DNA of 64,000 bases from Candidatus Kaelpia imicola (lineage in GTDB: Bacteria > Omnitrophota > Gorgyraeia > Kaelpiales > Kaelpiaceae): the NCBI GenBank assembly GCA_030765505.1, contig JAVCCL010000025.1:14865-78864 (forward strand). Direction: 5' to 3'. Position 1 is the stretch's first letter, and each line of letters starts with the position of its first letter. This document shows, piece after piece, positions 1 to 8,890 of the stretch. Under the pieces are notes generated by a model, which was given only the letters and a program-made list of their open reading frames with translations, did not search any database and was not told the DNA's origin. The position numbers and the translations under genes are program-made.

Positions 1-190
1 TAGAGAATTTAGTACTGTTGCTGTTTGTATAAATATATTTTAAATAATGCAAGCTGCAGAGAAATGAGTTGTTCTATTTTAGATTAACTGTAGAAGCAAG
101 CTGTATTTGGACCATAGATTAGAAGCTATTTGAAAGCTTTATTTCGCAGGTTTGAAAAAAACAATAAAAATACTGCCAGCTAAAATATGG

Positions 191-220
191 GGTGTTTTTG
201 AAAAAAAAGCACCTTCTTTC
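191..220 (+). terminator. possible intrinsic terminator
   Basis: GGTGTTTTT-GAAA-AAAAAGCACC hairpin followed by TTCTTTC; weak AT-rich stem. Confidence 0.3.
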
Positions 221-318
221 GAGAAATTCCAAAGGTACCGACTCTCTAAATAGCGAAAAAAAAACGGGATTTGAGAATAGTTGTCTCAGCTTATAAATAT
301 TGTAACTTCTATAATATA

Positions 319-347
319 TTGACTTTTTATCCTCTAAATTTTACCAT
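319..347 (+). promoter_or_regulatory. sigma70-type promoter
   Basis: TTGACT-N17-TACCAT, 12 nt before ATG at 360. Confidence 0.55.
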
Positions 348-359
348 TGGTTAGGAATA

Positions 360-1952
360 ATGTTAAAACAATTTAAATCTAATCCAAAAAATATAGCTCT
401 CATAGTTATAACAGGAACTATCCTTCGTCTATATAAATTAGGCTATCATGACTTCTGGTATGATGAAGCGATGAGCATAGCGTTGGCTCGAGTACCTCTA
501 AACATTACCACTCCCCCTCTCTACTATCTTCTTCTTAATATATGGATGAAATTGTTCCCAATTAATGAGTTTTATCTTCGATTACCTTCATTGCTTTTCA
601 GCGCTGTATCTATACTATTAATTTTCATTCTGGGTAAAAAATTATTCAGTCCCAACATTGCTCTTTTTGCAGCTGCTATAATGAGCTTTTGCCCTTTTCA
701 TATCTGGTATGCTCAAGAAGCCCGTCCCTATAGCCTGCTTTTATTGTTAGGCCTTTTATCTACTTTTTTACTTTATCAAGCCTTAACCAAAAACAAAACA
801 TACCTTCTAATATTATTTATATTAACTTCTGTTTTAGGACTCTATACAAGCTATTTTTTCGGAGTCCTTTTTGCCTGTCAATTATTGACTATACTTTTTC
901 TTTTCAAAAAATTTAAATTTAAATTCACAGGAATATTTTTCCTCTTTTTTACCCCGATATTTATCTTCTTACCCTGGCTATTAAAATTTTTAAGAAGATT
1001 ATGCTACATTTACCAAGGCTTCTGGATACCTGAACCTAATTTTAAATCTTTGCTGATAACTTTAGAAAATTTAAATGTTGGATACAATGCACTGCCCATT
1101 ATCTATATCCTCGCAAATGTTGTAACACTAATTTCAGCAATTTATATTCTTTTAAATATTAATAAATTACCCTGGAAAAAGGTAAATTTAGTTTTTATAT
1201 TATCTCTATTTTTACTTCCTATTTTCCTAATATTTGTATTTTCAAAATTTGTTACTTCCATCTATTTAGACCGAGCATTCTTAATATTTAGCCCTTATTA
1301 TTACTTGTTTTTAAGCCTGGGTATCTGCTCGATTAAACCGAAGCGATTCAAAAACATTGTAATCTCTCTATTTTTTATTTTACTCTTCTATGGAAATTAT
1401 GCTTATTTTACTGACAAGATGCCCTCATCAGAAATTCATCATATGGGGGCAATGCTTAAAAAACAGGTTAAACCAGCAGTTGAATTTATATCTAACAATT
1501 ATAAATCGGAAGATTTAATTGCCTATACTAATTTTTCTTTTCCAATATTATTCAATTATTATTCTTCACCTGAAGCTTTAGAGACTAACTCTCACACTAT
1601 TTTCAAATTCTTTAACAAGAAGAATTTACCGCAGCATACTTCTTCACACAAAACTTCTGCAAAGATGGTTAAAACCTTCGATCAGAAATACTTTATAATA
1701 CCGTCTGCTCAAGACCCCTACTGGAGAAGAGGATATGCAGCTGACTATAGTATTATTAATTTGGAGAAACATTCTCCGGCTAAAGAGATTAAGACCATTT
1801 GGCTTATTTCAACTAACTGGCAAAGAGATGGTCAGTTGGATGAAAATTCCCAAGCTGTAAACAGATGGATGGATAAAAATTATAATCTTATTCTTGAAAA
1901 AGAATTTCAGGGTATATTTATATTTAAATATGTTAAAAACTTCCGAGATTAA
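360..1952 (+). CDS. GT-C fold glycosyltransferase (family 39/83, PMT/ArnT-like)
   Basis: LRLYKLG..FWYDEA, PPLYYLLL, LRLPSLLFS, WYAQEARPYS motifs; many TM helices. Confidence 0.85.
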   Translation: MLKQFKSNPKNIALIVITGTILRLYKLGYHDFWYDEAMSIALARVPLNITTPPLYYLLLNIWMKLFPINEFYLRLPSLLFSAVSILLIFILGKKLFSPNIALFAAAIMSFCPFHIWYAQEARPYSLLLLLGLLSTFLLYQALTKNKTYLLILFILTSVLGLYTSYFFGVLFACQLLTILFLFKKFKFKFTGIFFLFFTPIFIFLPWLLKFLRRLCYIYQGFWIPEPNFKSLLITLENLNVGYNALPIIYILANVVTLISAIYILLNINKLPWKKVNLVFILSLFLLPIFLIFVFSKFVTSIYLDRAFLIFSPYYYLFLSLGICSIKPKRFKNIVISLFFILLFYGNYAYFTDKMPSSEIHHMGAMLKKQVKPAVEFISNNYKSEDLIAYTNFSFPILFNYYSSPEALETNSHTIFKFFNKKNLPQHTSSHKTSAKMVKTFDQKYFIIPSAQDPYWRRGYAADYSIINLEKHSPAKEIKTIWLISTNWQRDGQLDENSQAVNRWMDKNYNLILEKEFQGIFIFKYVKNFRD

Positions 1953-3066
1953 TCTATTACTTTCTTTAATTCGGAATAGTAATCCTAAAATAAAAAAAGA
2001 TATAAATTGGAGCATATTTATACAGCATCTCATTACTCATGAATTAATGCCTTTTGCTTACCAAAGATTAAAACATAGAAAAGATATAGTTCCCTCCAGT
2101 ATCTATAGTCGTCTTAAAAACAGTTATTATTACAATCTATCCCGTGATAATAATCTCTGGCAGGAATTTTTAAATATTGTTGATAATTTTAAGCGCAGCA
2201 ATATAACCCTATTACCTATTAAAGGTATGGATTTATTTCTAAGATTCTATCCTGATTATTACTGGCGAGCTATGTCTGATATAGATATTTTGATAAAAGA
2301 AGAAGATTTCGATAAGAGTAATAAAATTTTATCCCAATTAGGCTATAAAAAAGAACTGTTAGGACATAGAGAAAGATATTGGCGTAAAAACCAATGTCAT
2401 GTTTCGTTTAAAAAATTAGGTATATTCTTAGAGGTTCACTGGGCATTGGATTTTAAAAGGAAAAATAGAATTTTATTAGATCATCTTTGGAGAAGAATAA
2501 AACAAGTAAATATAGAAAATAGAAAGATAGATATTTTATCTGCAGAAGATTCGGTATTTAGTCTTGCTTTACATAACCGCCGTATGGGAAGAATACTTTC
2601 TCTAAAGCAGATCTTAGATACATCAAATATTATAAATAGCACCCTGCGTTTTGACTGGAACTATATATTAAAAGAAACACAGCAAAGTAAATTACAGGCA
2701 ACAATTTATTTTTCTCTTACACAGGCGAAATTTTTTACTAATGCAAAAATACCTTCATCGTTTATCCAAAGACTGACTATACCCTGCTGGCAGAAAGAAA
2801 CAATTCAGAAATTTATATTCAACAATACATTTCCTCAAAATTTCAATTTTGATATCAAGAGAGACTATCTTAAAACACATTTTCTTATTTATGATAAAAT
2901 ACGAGAACCCATCTGTTACATTATAAATATTCCTTATGAGCAATTCTGCAAATTTTACAACTTGAAATTATATAGAGAAAAAACAAATCTTTTATACAGA
3001 ATGCGTTTAATTTTTATCCCGTTCAATCTGTTTAAAAAGATATTTTCCGGAAAAATACCTTTTTAA
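1930..3066 (+). CDS. nucleotidyltransferase family protein (NTP_transf_5-like)
   Basis: LPIKG..L, R.MSDIDILI, LEVHW motifs; ATG at 1930 preferred over 1894 (shorter overlap with upstream gene). Confidence 0.8.
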   Translation: MLKTSEINLLLSLIRNSNPKIKKDINWSIFIQHLITHELMPFAYQRLKHRKDIVPSSIYSRLKNSYYYNLSRDNNLWQEFLNIVDNFKRSNITLLPIKGMDLFLRFYPDYYWRAMSDIDILIKEEDFDKSNKILSQLGYKKELLGHRERYWRKNQCHVSFKKLGIFLEVHWALDFKRKNRILLDHLWRRIKQVNIENRKIDILSAEDSVFSLALHNRRMGRILSLKQILDTSNIINSTLRFDWNYILKETQQSKLQATIYFSLTQAKFFTNAKIPSSFIQRLTIPCWQKETIQKFIFNNTFPQNFNFDIKRDYLKTHFLIYDKIREPICYIINIPYEQFCKFYNLKLYREKTNLLYRMRLIFIPFNLFKKIFSGKIPF

Positions 3067-3484
3067 AAGGCCTAAGAATTATCTTTGCAATAGGGGCAAA
3101 TTTAACAATGGCCCAATTCAGATACTTACTCCATATTCTATCCAGCCTTGATATTCGACCATTTCGTAAAATACCAACAGCTTTACCTATGAGCTGTTCT
3201 TCAAGTATCGGTGAATTTAATTTTATCTGATTATCTCCGCGCGGATATAAGAAATATCTGTTTTGAGAGATGATTTTTTTTACCAAACGATGGCAGGTAA
3301 TCTGTTTATTAGAACGGTATACTATTATATCTCCGATATGTAAATTACTTGACTCTGTTTTCTTTACTACGACTTTCTCACCACTTTTAAGAAAAGGCCA
3401 CATACTAAAACCAACTGTCCCCAATACAAACATATCCTTCTTCTCTACCGCAAAATCTCTATTCATCTGTATCTTTAGATCCAT
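3032..3484 (-). CDS. S24/S26 signal-peptidase-like protein
   Basis: GFSMWPFLKSGE, GDIIVY, HRLV, RGDN motifs (Ser/His type). Confidence 0.8.
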   Translation of the reverse strand: MDLKIQMNRDFAVEKKDMFVLGTVGFSMWPFLKSGEKVVVKKTESSNLHIGDIIVYRSNKQITCHRLVKKIISQNRYFLYPRGDNQIKLNSPILEEQLIGKAVGILRNGRISRLDRIWSKYLNWAIVKFAPIAKIILRPFKKVFFRKISF

Positions 3485-3528
3485 CTCTGATTTTGAGCCT
3501 CTACAGATCTATAATTCTAATTCCGTGC

Positions 3529-4539
3529 TTATCTGTGACTTACACTTCTTATAAACCGTACTATTTCTCTCTCTTTACGAAAACCTAATTTAAAACAGGG
3601 GATTTCCTTTATTAAGTCTAAACAGAAAGAACTTGAAATATTCATCTTATTTTCATTCCAAAAAACAGGAAATATATTAGGGAACATTAACTCAAAAGCT
3701 TTCCTATTACTTACATTCTTAATACTATTTTTTTTACTATGATAAATAAAGAGTATTTTCTTTAACTTTGCCGGCTCTGTTTCTGACTTAAGATAATCTT
3801 TAAAATCTCCATGCCAAGGTGTAGCATAAAGAGAATACTCCCCATTCTGTTTCCTTACAATCATTCTATCATCATTCAATATCTTTGCCCGGCTATATCT
3901 ATGCCATAATCTTGCCATTGTAGATTTCCCTGCCCCAGATGGACCAATAAATAACATTCCACTCCCATCAATATCTTTAATTCCTGTACCATGAAAAAAA
4001 ATTCCGTTCCTTTGAGTGAGATAATTTATTAAAAGAACCTGCAAAAAAGTATAAATTATCTGGTGACTATTCCACGACCACGAATCTTTACGAATTATAC
4101 TTGAATTATCCCGAATTTTTAATCTACGATGACCTGCTCCTGGTTCATAATAATTTATGTTTTTAAAGCTGTTTTCATCTGTATCCGATAAATAGACATC
4201 TCCCTGATTAAAATCTTTATTTAAAAAAATAATACCTTCTATTTCTCCCGGATTGTGGAGAGCATACTGCTCTAAAACAAATCCTCCACCCCTCTTATAT
4301 ATCCTCCAGTTATCTGCATTATCTACAGGATGGATTGTCTCAAACAATCTCTCTGCCTCACCTACTTTAGGTAACCTGTCTACTACTTTTATTTTAAGCC
4401 TGATAGCAGGGCTTTCTCTGCCTTTATAAACAAAATTAGAAAACCTCCAGTCATAGGATTTGTTTAAAGGTTTTAATGGAAATTTACTTTTACAGGATAT
4501 AATTATATCACCAATTTTTAATTTTAAACTATTATCCAT
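3529..4539 (-). CDS. HprK-like P-loop kinase (ScmC/lasso-kinase-like)
   Basis: FHGTGI, FIGPSGAGKSTMARLW, ILNDDR, YATPWHG motifs. Confidence 0.75.
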   Translation of the reverse strand: MDNSLKLKIGDIIISCKSKFPLKPLNKSYDWRFSNFVYKGRESPAIRLKIKVVDRLPKVGEAERLFETIHPVDNADNWRIYKRGGGFVLEQYALHNPGEIEGIIFLNKDFNQGDVYLSDTDENSFKNINYYEPGAGHRRLKIRDNSSIIRKDSWSWNSHQIIYTFLQVLLINYLTQRNGIFFHGTGIKDIDGSGMLFIGPSGAGKSTMARLWHRYSRAKILNDDRMIVRKQNGEYSLYATPWHGDFKDYLKSETEPAKLKKILFIYHSKKNSIKNVSNRKAFELMFPNIFPVFWNENKMNISSSFCLDLIKEIPCFKLGFRKEREIVRFIRSVSHR

Positions 4540-4688
4540 TTTTTATATACCGATTGATACCAGAACTAAATCATCTATAGAATATCCCATCAAACTATTA
4601 GTAAAGCCAAGAATACCTTAATACTTTTCCCGTCTTATGTTTCAGCACAAAAGAACCGTTCTGTAATTTTTGACTCAATTATAATTAT

Positions 4689-4968
4689 CTAAAGTACCTT
4701 TTCTATATTCACCCTGTCAAATTTAAACATTCTTCTAAACAGTTTTATACCTTGTCTTTTTATCAAACAGTAAAAGTAAAAGTTTTTGAATCTTAAAAGT
4801 TCTCATTCTTGGTTAGAGTTAACTATCTTGGTCTTCTCAGGATGAAGTTTAAATTTTAATATCTCTTTTAATAAATTCCTTACCGCATTCTATTCTGACT
4901 AATTCTTATTTAATCTTATCCAAAATAACAAAATTACTACAGCAATGCAAATAAAATTTTTGTTTATG
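4689..4968 (-). pseudogene. decayed reverse transcriptase fragment (DGR-like, domains 5-7)
   Basis: HKQKFYLHCCSNFVILDKIK*ELVRI, then after a frameshift NAVRNLLKEILKFKLHPEKTKIVNSNQE*ELLRFKNFYFYCLIKRQGIKLFRRMFK; matches the RT pattern YxRYxDDFVIL...L.LHPxKTKI...GxxFLGF. Confidence 0.65.
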
Positions 4969-5000
4969 CTGCTGAGGAGTGAACTGTCCGGTTTTACAAA

Positions 5001-5094
5001 TGCTATAATTATCTCTCAAGAAAGGAGGCAATATGATAGAGAAGGCTATTATCACAATGGTGTTACAATAAAAATCACCCACTTTATATCCTAA
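5001..5094 (+). pseudogene. promoter + RBS + frameshifted small-protein relic (AF2212/DUF104 antitoxin-like)
   Basis: TGcTATAAT (5001-5009), AAGGAGG, ATG 5033; 12-codon ORF, alternative frame reads EGYYHNGV resembling IEAxYENGV. Confidence 0.35.
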
Positions 5095-5096
5095 CT

Positions 5097-5570
5097 TCAG
5101 TTAATAATATACTGCATAATCACAACTCCCAGATCCATACAGCTTATACAGCCTCCGGATGAATTTAAATCTATAAGCATTGCAAGCTTATCAGGGTCTG
5201 GCTCTCTTCCCTGATAGATCAACCTATCCTCTAACTTCATAAGAGCAAACTCTATATAAGCAACACCCTTCTCATCTATTATCTCTATCTCAATTATTCC
5301 TGCATCATATAGGGCATCACTAAAGAACTCCTTAATGCTAGGATAATTGACAACAATATCATTAAAACTATTGTAATCATTTTTAGAGGCTTGGCGAAGC
5401 AGGTTATACATAACTTTAACATCTCCATTCTTCTCTCTATCTATCTCCTTAACTTTTTCCCTGATAATAGAATCTATGTTTAAATCACCGCGATAGGCAT
5501 AATCAGAAGCATAAGAACGGAGAGTTAGCAACAAATTAAATATCAGAAACAGCCAAACAAACTTTCCCAT
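5097..5570 (-). CDS. secreted hypothetical protein
   Basis: signal peptide ending SYA; C-terminal CxxC; 4 nt downstream of the GH144-like gene. Confidence 0.6.
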   Translation of the reverse strand: MGKFVWLFLIFNLLLTLRSYASDYAYRGDLNIDSIIREKVKEIDREKNGDVKVMYNLLRQASKNDYNSFNDIVVNYPSIKEFFSDALYDAGIIEIEIIDEKGVAYIEFALMKLEDRLIYQGREPDPDKLAMLIDLNSSGGCISCMDLGVVIMQYIIN

Positions 5571-5574
5571 AATA

Positions 5575-6954
5575 TTATCTCCTTACAAGATAAGTAAAGT
5601 AAGCCGGGAATGTCTTAAGCAGAGCAAACTGAACATTGCGACTCTGCATAAAGTTCTTCCAGATAAACTCGGAGAAATAGTTCTCAACCATCAGAGCCGG
5701 AAAGATCACATCCATTCCGACTATCCAGTGAGAGTTTACTTCCGGCACACCCTCTCTATCTAAAGAGCCTGCATCCATCGATTCAACCAAAAGACCCGAC
5801 CTATCAAAGGCTTTATCGCGTATCTTATAGAACATTAGGAATGCGGGGTTATCCAAGATGGCATATTCCTGAAAAAATGGCATCGAACCTATTGCTGCAT
5901 AAGGAGCAACCGGCTTAATCCCGTTCTTTGAATTATAGAATCTCTCAGCTTCTCCAGCACCTGAAAGCGCTCCGCCAACTCTATCTCTATATTCCATAAC
6001 ACTTGAACCCATAGAGACCTTAGACCAGCATGCGCTTATACCAAAGATATTTTCTGGATAGTTATTATCAGAACACCATCTAATGTCAGCTAATACAGCA
6101 TCTTTCGTATTCTCCCACCAGTCAACATTGTAAAGGAGATCATTGTCCAACCTTCTAAAATCAATAAAAGCATGAGCAAAGAGGTAAGTAAAGAGTGAAC
6201 CGTACCAGGAATAGACATACTTACGGTCTTTATAGATACCCTCTTTCACTGTAATATTTCCAAAAGAGTCCCTGATATCTATTCTATAATCTACAACAGG
6301 TGAGCCCTGAGCAAGTATTGATATCAAAAGTATCTCATCTGTATAATAGTCCCAAAAACCAAAGAACCCGCTGTTCCAACCCATATGAAACTGCCTTCTA
6401 CCGCTATGAAAGAACTCTCTCCACTCTATATTGGAATAAAATTCATTCGCCTTCTCTCTACACTCAGGATAACCCTGAGATATCAGATATTCAGATGCTG
6501 TGATTATACCTGCTAAAAGAATCGAGGTATCTATTATCGAAACTTCAACTCCGGATTTATGAACAAAACTCTTACCCGATATATCTGGAACATAAAAATG
6601 ATAGAGAAAACCGGAAAAATTCTGACCTTTGGTTTTCTGAAGTTTTAAACAGCTTTCAACTGTCTCTAAAAACATGTCTTTCGCCTTCTCTTTTGAGATC
6701 AAACCTTTTTGAGCAGAGAGAGCCAGACCGGCAAGAGCAAAACCTGAAGTCGCTATATCAACCTCTTTGATGTAGGGCGAACTTTTATAAAGCCCGTTTA
6801 TCCTAAAGAACTTTTGATAGCAATAATTTAACTGCTGAGTCTGAAAATCCTTCAGCATATCTACGGCCTGATAAACCTCTAAATTTGAAGCTAAAACAGC
6901 TCTGACCTGAACTGTTAAAATCAGAGCAACTACTATCTCTCTTAATATCTTCAT
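5575..6954 (-). CDS. secreted glucoamylase-family/GH144-like glycoside hydrolase (putative endo-beta-1,2-glucanase)
   Basis: DIATSGFALAGL, GFLYHF, EVSIIDTSILLAG, WDYYTDE, SWYGSLFTY, FGISAC motifs; signal peptide. Confidence 0.75.
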   Translation of the reverse strand: MKILREIVVALILTVQVRAVLASNLEVYQAVDMLKDFQTQQLNYCYQKFFRINGLYKSSPYIKEVDIATSGFALAGLALSAQKGLISKEKAKDMFLETVESCLKLQKTKGQNFSGFLYHFYVPDISGKSFVHKSGVEVSIIDTSILLAGIITASEYLISQGYPECREKANEFYSNIEWREFFHSGRRQFHMGWNSGFFGFWDYYTDEILLISILAQGSPVVDYRIDIRDSFGNITVKEGIYKDRKYVYSWYGSLFTYLFAHAFIDFRRLDNDLLYNVDWWENTKDAVLADIRWCSDNNYPENIFGISACWSKVSMGSSVMEYRDRVGGALSGAGEAERFYNSKNGIKPVAPYAAIGSMPFFQEYAILDNPAFLMFYKIRDKAFDRSGLLVESMDAGSLDREGVPEVNSHWIVGMDVIFPALMVENYFSEFIWKNFMQSRNVQFALLKTFPAYFTYLVRR

Positions 6955-6968
6955 CTTAACTTATAAAT

Positions 6969-6984
6969 AGCAATATATATGCCA
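6969..6984 (-). promoter_or_regulatory. sigma54 -24/-12 motif
   Basis: TGGCAT-ATATA-TTGCT directly upstream of ATG 6954. Confidence 0.5.
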
Positions 6985-7050
6985 AATATAAATAACAGAG
7001 CTTATTACTGTAAGTAATTATAGACAAAGGTGTTAAGCGGAAAATGCTTT

Positions 7051-7079
7051 TTGACTCCCTAAAAAATTAAAAGTACAAT
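7051..7079 (+). promoter_or_regulatory. sigma70-type promoter with no sense gene downstream
   Basis: TTGACT-N17-TACAAT; faces the rnpB 3' end. Confidence 0.4.
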
Positions 7080-7197
7080 AGTACAATATTTTCTAATCTA
7101 ACTTAATAAATATTTAATAAATGCATTTAAGATTATATTACCTAAATCGTTAAAATTAAATGGGGTTAGAGTAAACTTTAGTTGCAGTTTATGGGTA

Positions 7198-7500
7198 GAG
7201 GCAGGTCCGTAAGCCGAATTCTGTTTTAGATAACCATCTGTCTACTATCCGAATTGCTTCGGATATTTAGCGGTTAACCCGCCCGCTGGGCCGGGCCAGC
7301 CTTAAACGCGGACTATTCAACCTTAACTCGCATAGAGATTGCCACGTTTCACCTCTCCCAGTTCAGGGAGAACTCGTCTCTGCGGCTCTTATCCTGACAG
7401 GTCTAAAAAACCTGCGTTCCGACGTTATCGGAATATGCTCACCCTCTGAGTTCGGACTTTCCTCCCTTTCAAAAGAAAGAGCGGCTATCCAACCTGCCTC
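7198..7500 (-). ncRNA. rnpB: RNase P RNA
   Basis: GAGGAAAGUCCG and ACAGAAUUCGGCUUA conserved regions; P1 GAGGCAGGU/ACCUGCCUC closes the ends. Confidence 0.97.
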
Positions 7501-7501
7501 T

Positions 7502-7915
7502 TTAAAATAAAACATCCTTGGATTCTGCAGCAGAATAAGCAAGCTTATCCGCCTCTCTATTCTCTTCCCGCAAAATATGATTAAACTCTATACTTTCAAA
7601 ATTATTCAGTAAGTACTTTATATTTACAAGGAGAGGTTTTAAATGTTCCTTCTTTGTCTTATACTCCCCCTTAACCTGCTTAACCAGCAACTCGCTATCT
7701 AAAAACACCTTTAAATCATCTATCCCTAAAAGCAGCGCTTCGGTAAGACCAACGATAAGGGCCAAATATTCAGCAACATTATTAGTACTAGAACCAATGG
7801 GCAGAGAGAGCTCTTTTAAGATAACCCCATGAGAATCTTTGATCACAACACCAACCCCGGCTGGGCCAGGATTACCGCGGGAAGAACCATCTGAATAAAG
7901 CCTAAAACTACTCAT
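7502..7915 (-). CDS. rnhA: ribonuclease HI (archaeal/actinobacterial-type)
   Basis: YSDGSSRGNPGPAG, TNNVAEYLAL, DSELLVKQ, REENREADKLA; ATG 7915 preferred over 7954. Confidence 0.9.
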   Translation of the reverse strand: MSSFRLYSDGSSRGNPGPAGVGVVIKDSHGVILKELSLPIGSSTNNVAEYLALIVGLTEALLLGIDDLKVFLDSELLVKQVKGEYKTKKEHLKPLLVNIKYLLNNFESIEFNHILREENREADKLAYSAAESKDVLF

Positions 7916-8627
7916 CGAGATAGAATATCCTAGAGCAGCGCTCACAAGTAACAATACTGCTTGCTCTCTTTATCTCATTTATAGTTTGAGGACGTAAACT
8001 TAAATGGCAGCCACCGCAAGCACCATCAACAACTGGAACAATAGCTAAACCATCCTTGCTCTCAATCAATCTTTCATAAATAGAGAGAACCTCAGGGTCT
8101 ACCTCTTGAGCGATTTTGCCTCTCTCTACTTTTTGAGATTGAATCTTCTGTTCAATTACAGCCACATCCTGCTTAACTTTATATTCTTCCTGCTGAAACT
8201 CTTCTTTAAACTTCTTGAACTCATTCTTCTCTCTGTTAAGCCTTAAGTCTATCTCATCCATGCTATCCATTAGCTTCAATATCTCGTCTTCAATGCATGA
8301 ATTATCGGCCTTCTTACCCTCTATCTCACCTAAAAGAGCTTTATACTCTTTGTTCGTCTTTACTTGAAGAAGCTGCTGCTGAAACTTCCGGATCCCCTCT
8401 TCGGCAATCTGGAGTTCTAACTCCTTATCTTTTATCTTAACCTGCAGATCCTTGATCTCTTCTTCAATTCTATCAATCTCTTCTTTTTTCTGATCTAACT
8501 CAAGCCTAAAGTCCTGAAGTTTTTTAGGCATATCCTCTTTACGAAAACTCAAATCACGGAGCCTGGAATCATACCCCTGGAGCTCTTTTAAAAATTCTAT
8601 CTGCTTTTTAAAGTCTTGCACTTTCAT
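7908..8627 (-). CDS. coiled-coil C4 zinc-ribbon protein (CT398/HP0958 family)
   Basis: long coiled coil, KTNKEYKAL, CGGC...CERC.RI. Confidence 0.9.
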   Translation of the reverse strand: MKVQDFKKQIEFLKELQGYDSRLRDLSFRKEDMPKKLQDFRLELDQKKEEIDRIEEEIKDLQVKIKDKELELQIAEEGIRKFQQQLLQVKTNKEYKALLGEIEGKKADNSCIEDEILKLMDSMDEIDLRLNREKNEFKKFKEEFQQEEYKVKQDVAVIEQKIQSQKVERGKIAQEVDPEVLSIYERLIESKDGLAIVPVVDGACGGCHLSLRPQTINEIKRASSIVTCERCSRIFYLDE

Positions 8628-8641
8628 ATAAGTTCATCAAC

Positions 8642-8715
8642 TGGGCGATAGAGGACTCGAACCTCCGACATCCACGATGTGAACGTGGCGCTCTAACCAG
8701 CTGAGCTAACCGCCC
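8642..8715 (-). tRNA. tRNA-Val(CAC)
   Basis: cloverleaf GGGCGGT...ATCGCCCA, anticodon arm CCACG-TTCACAT-CGTGG, GGTTCGA T-loop. Confidence 0.95.
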
Positions 8716-8744
8716 GCTCAACACTTTCTAACCATACTATTAAA

Positions 8745-8817
8745 TGGTCCCGCCAGGACTTGAACCTGGAACCAACTGATTATGAGTCAGCTGCTCTGCC
8801 AATTGAGCTACGAGACC
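8745..8817 (-). tRNA. tRNA with CAT anticodon, probably Ile2 (lysidine type)
   Basis: GGTCTCG...CGGGACCA, anticodon arm GCTGA-CTCATAA-TCAGT; not initiator-like; Ile2 versus Met is inferred. Confidence 0.85.
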
Positions 8818-8890
8818 AATCAATCAGCAAATGTTAATTTTAGCATATCAAATTAAAAAAGCAACACAACTTTACTAAAACTTGCCCAGT

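Noticed and set aside
1-7200. DGR template/variable repeat pair near the RT relic
   Set aside because: No ~100-bp AAC-rich repeat pair differing at adenines was visible by eye; a self-alignment would be needed to exclude it.
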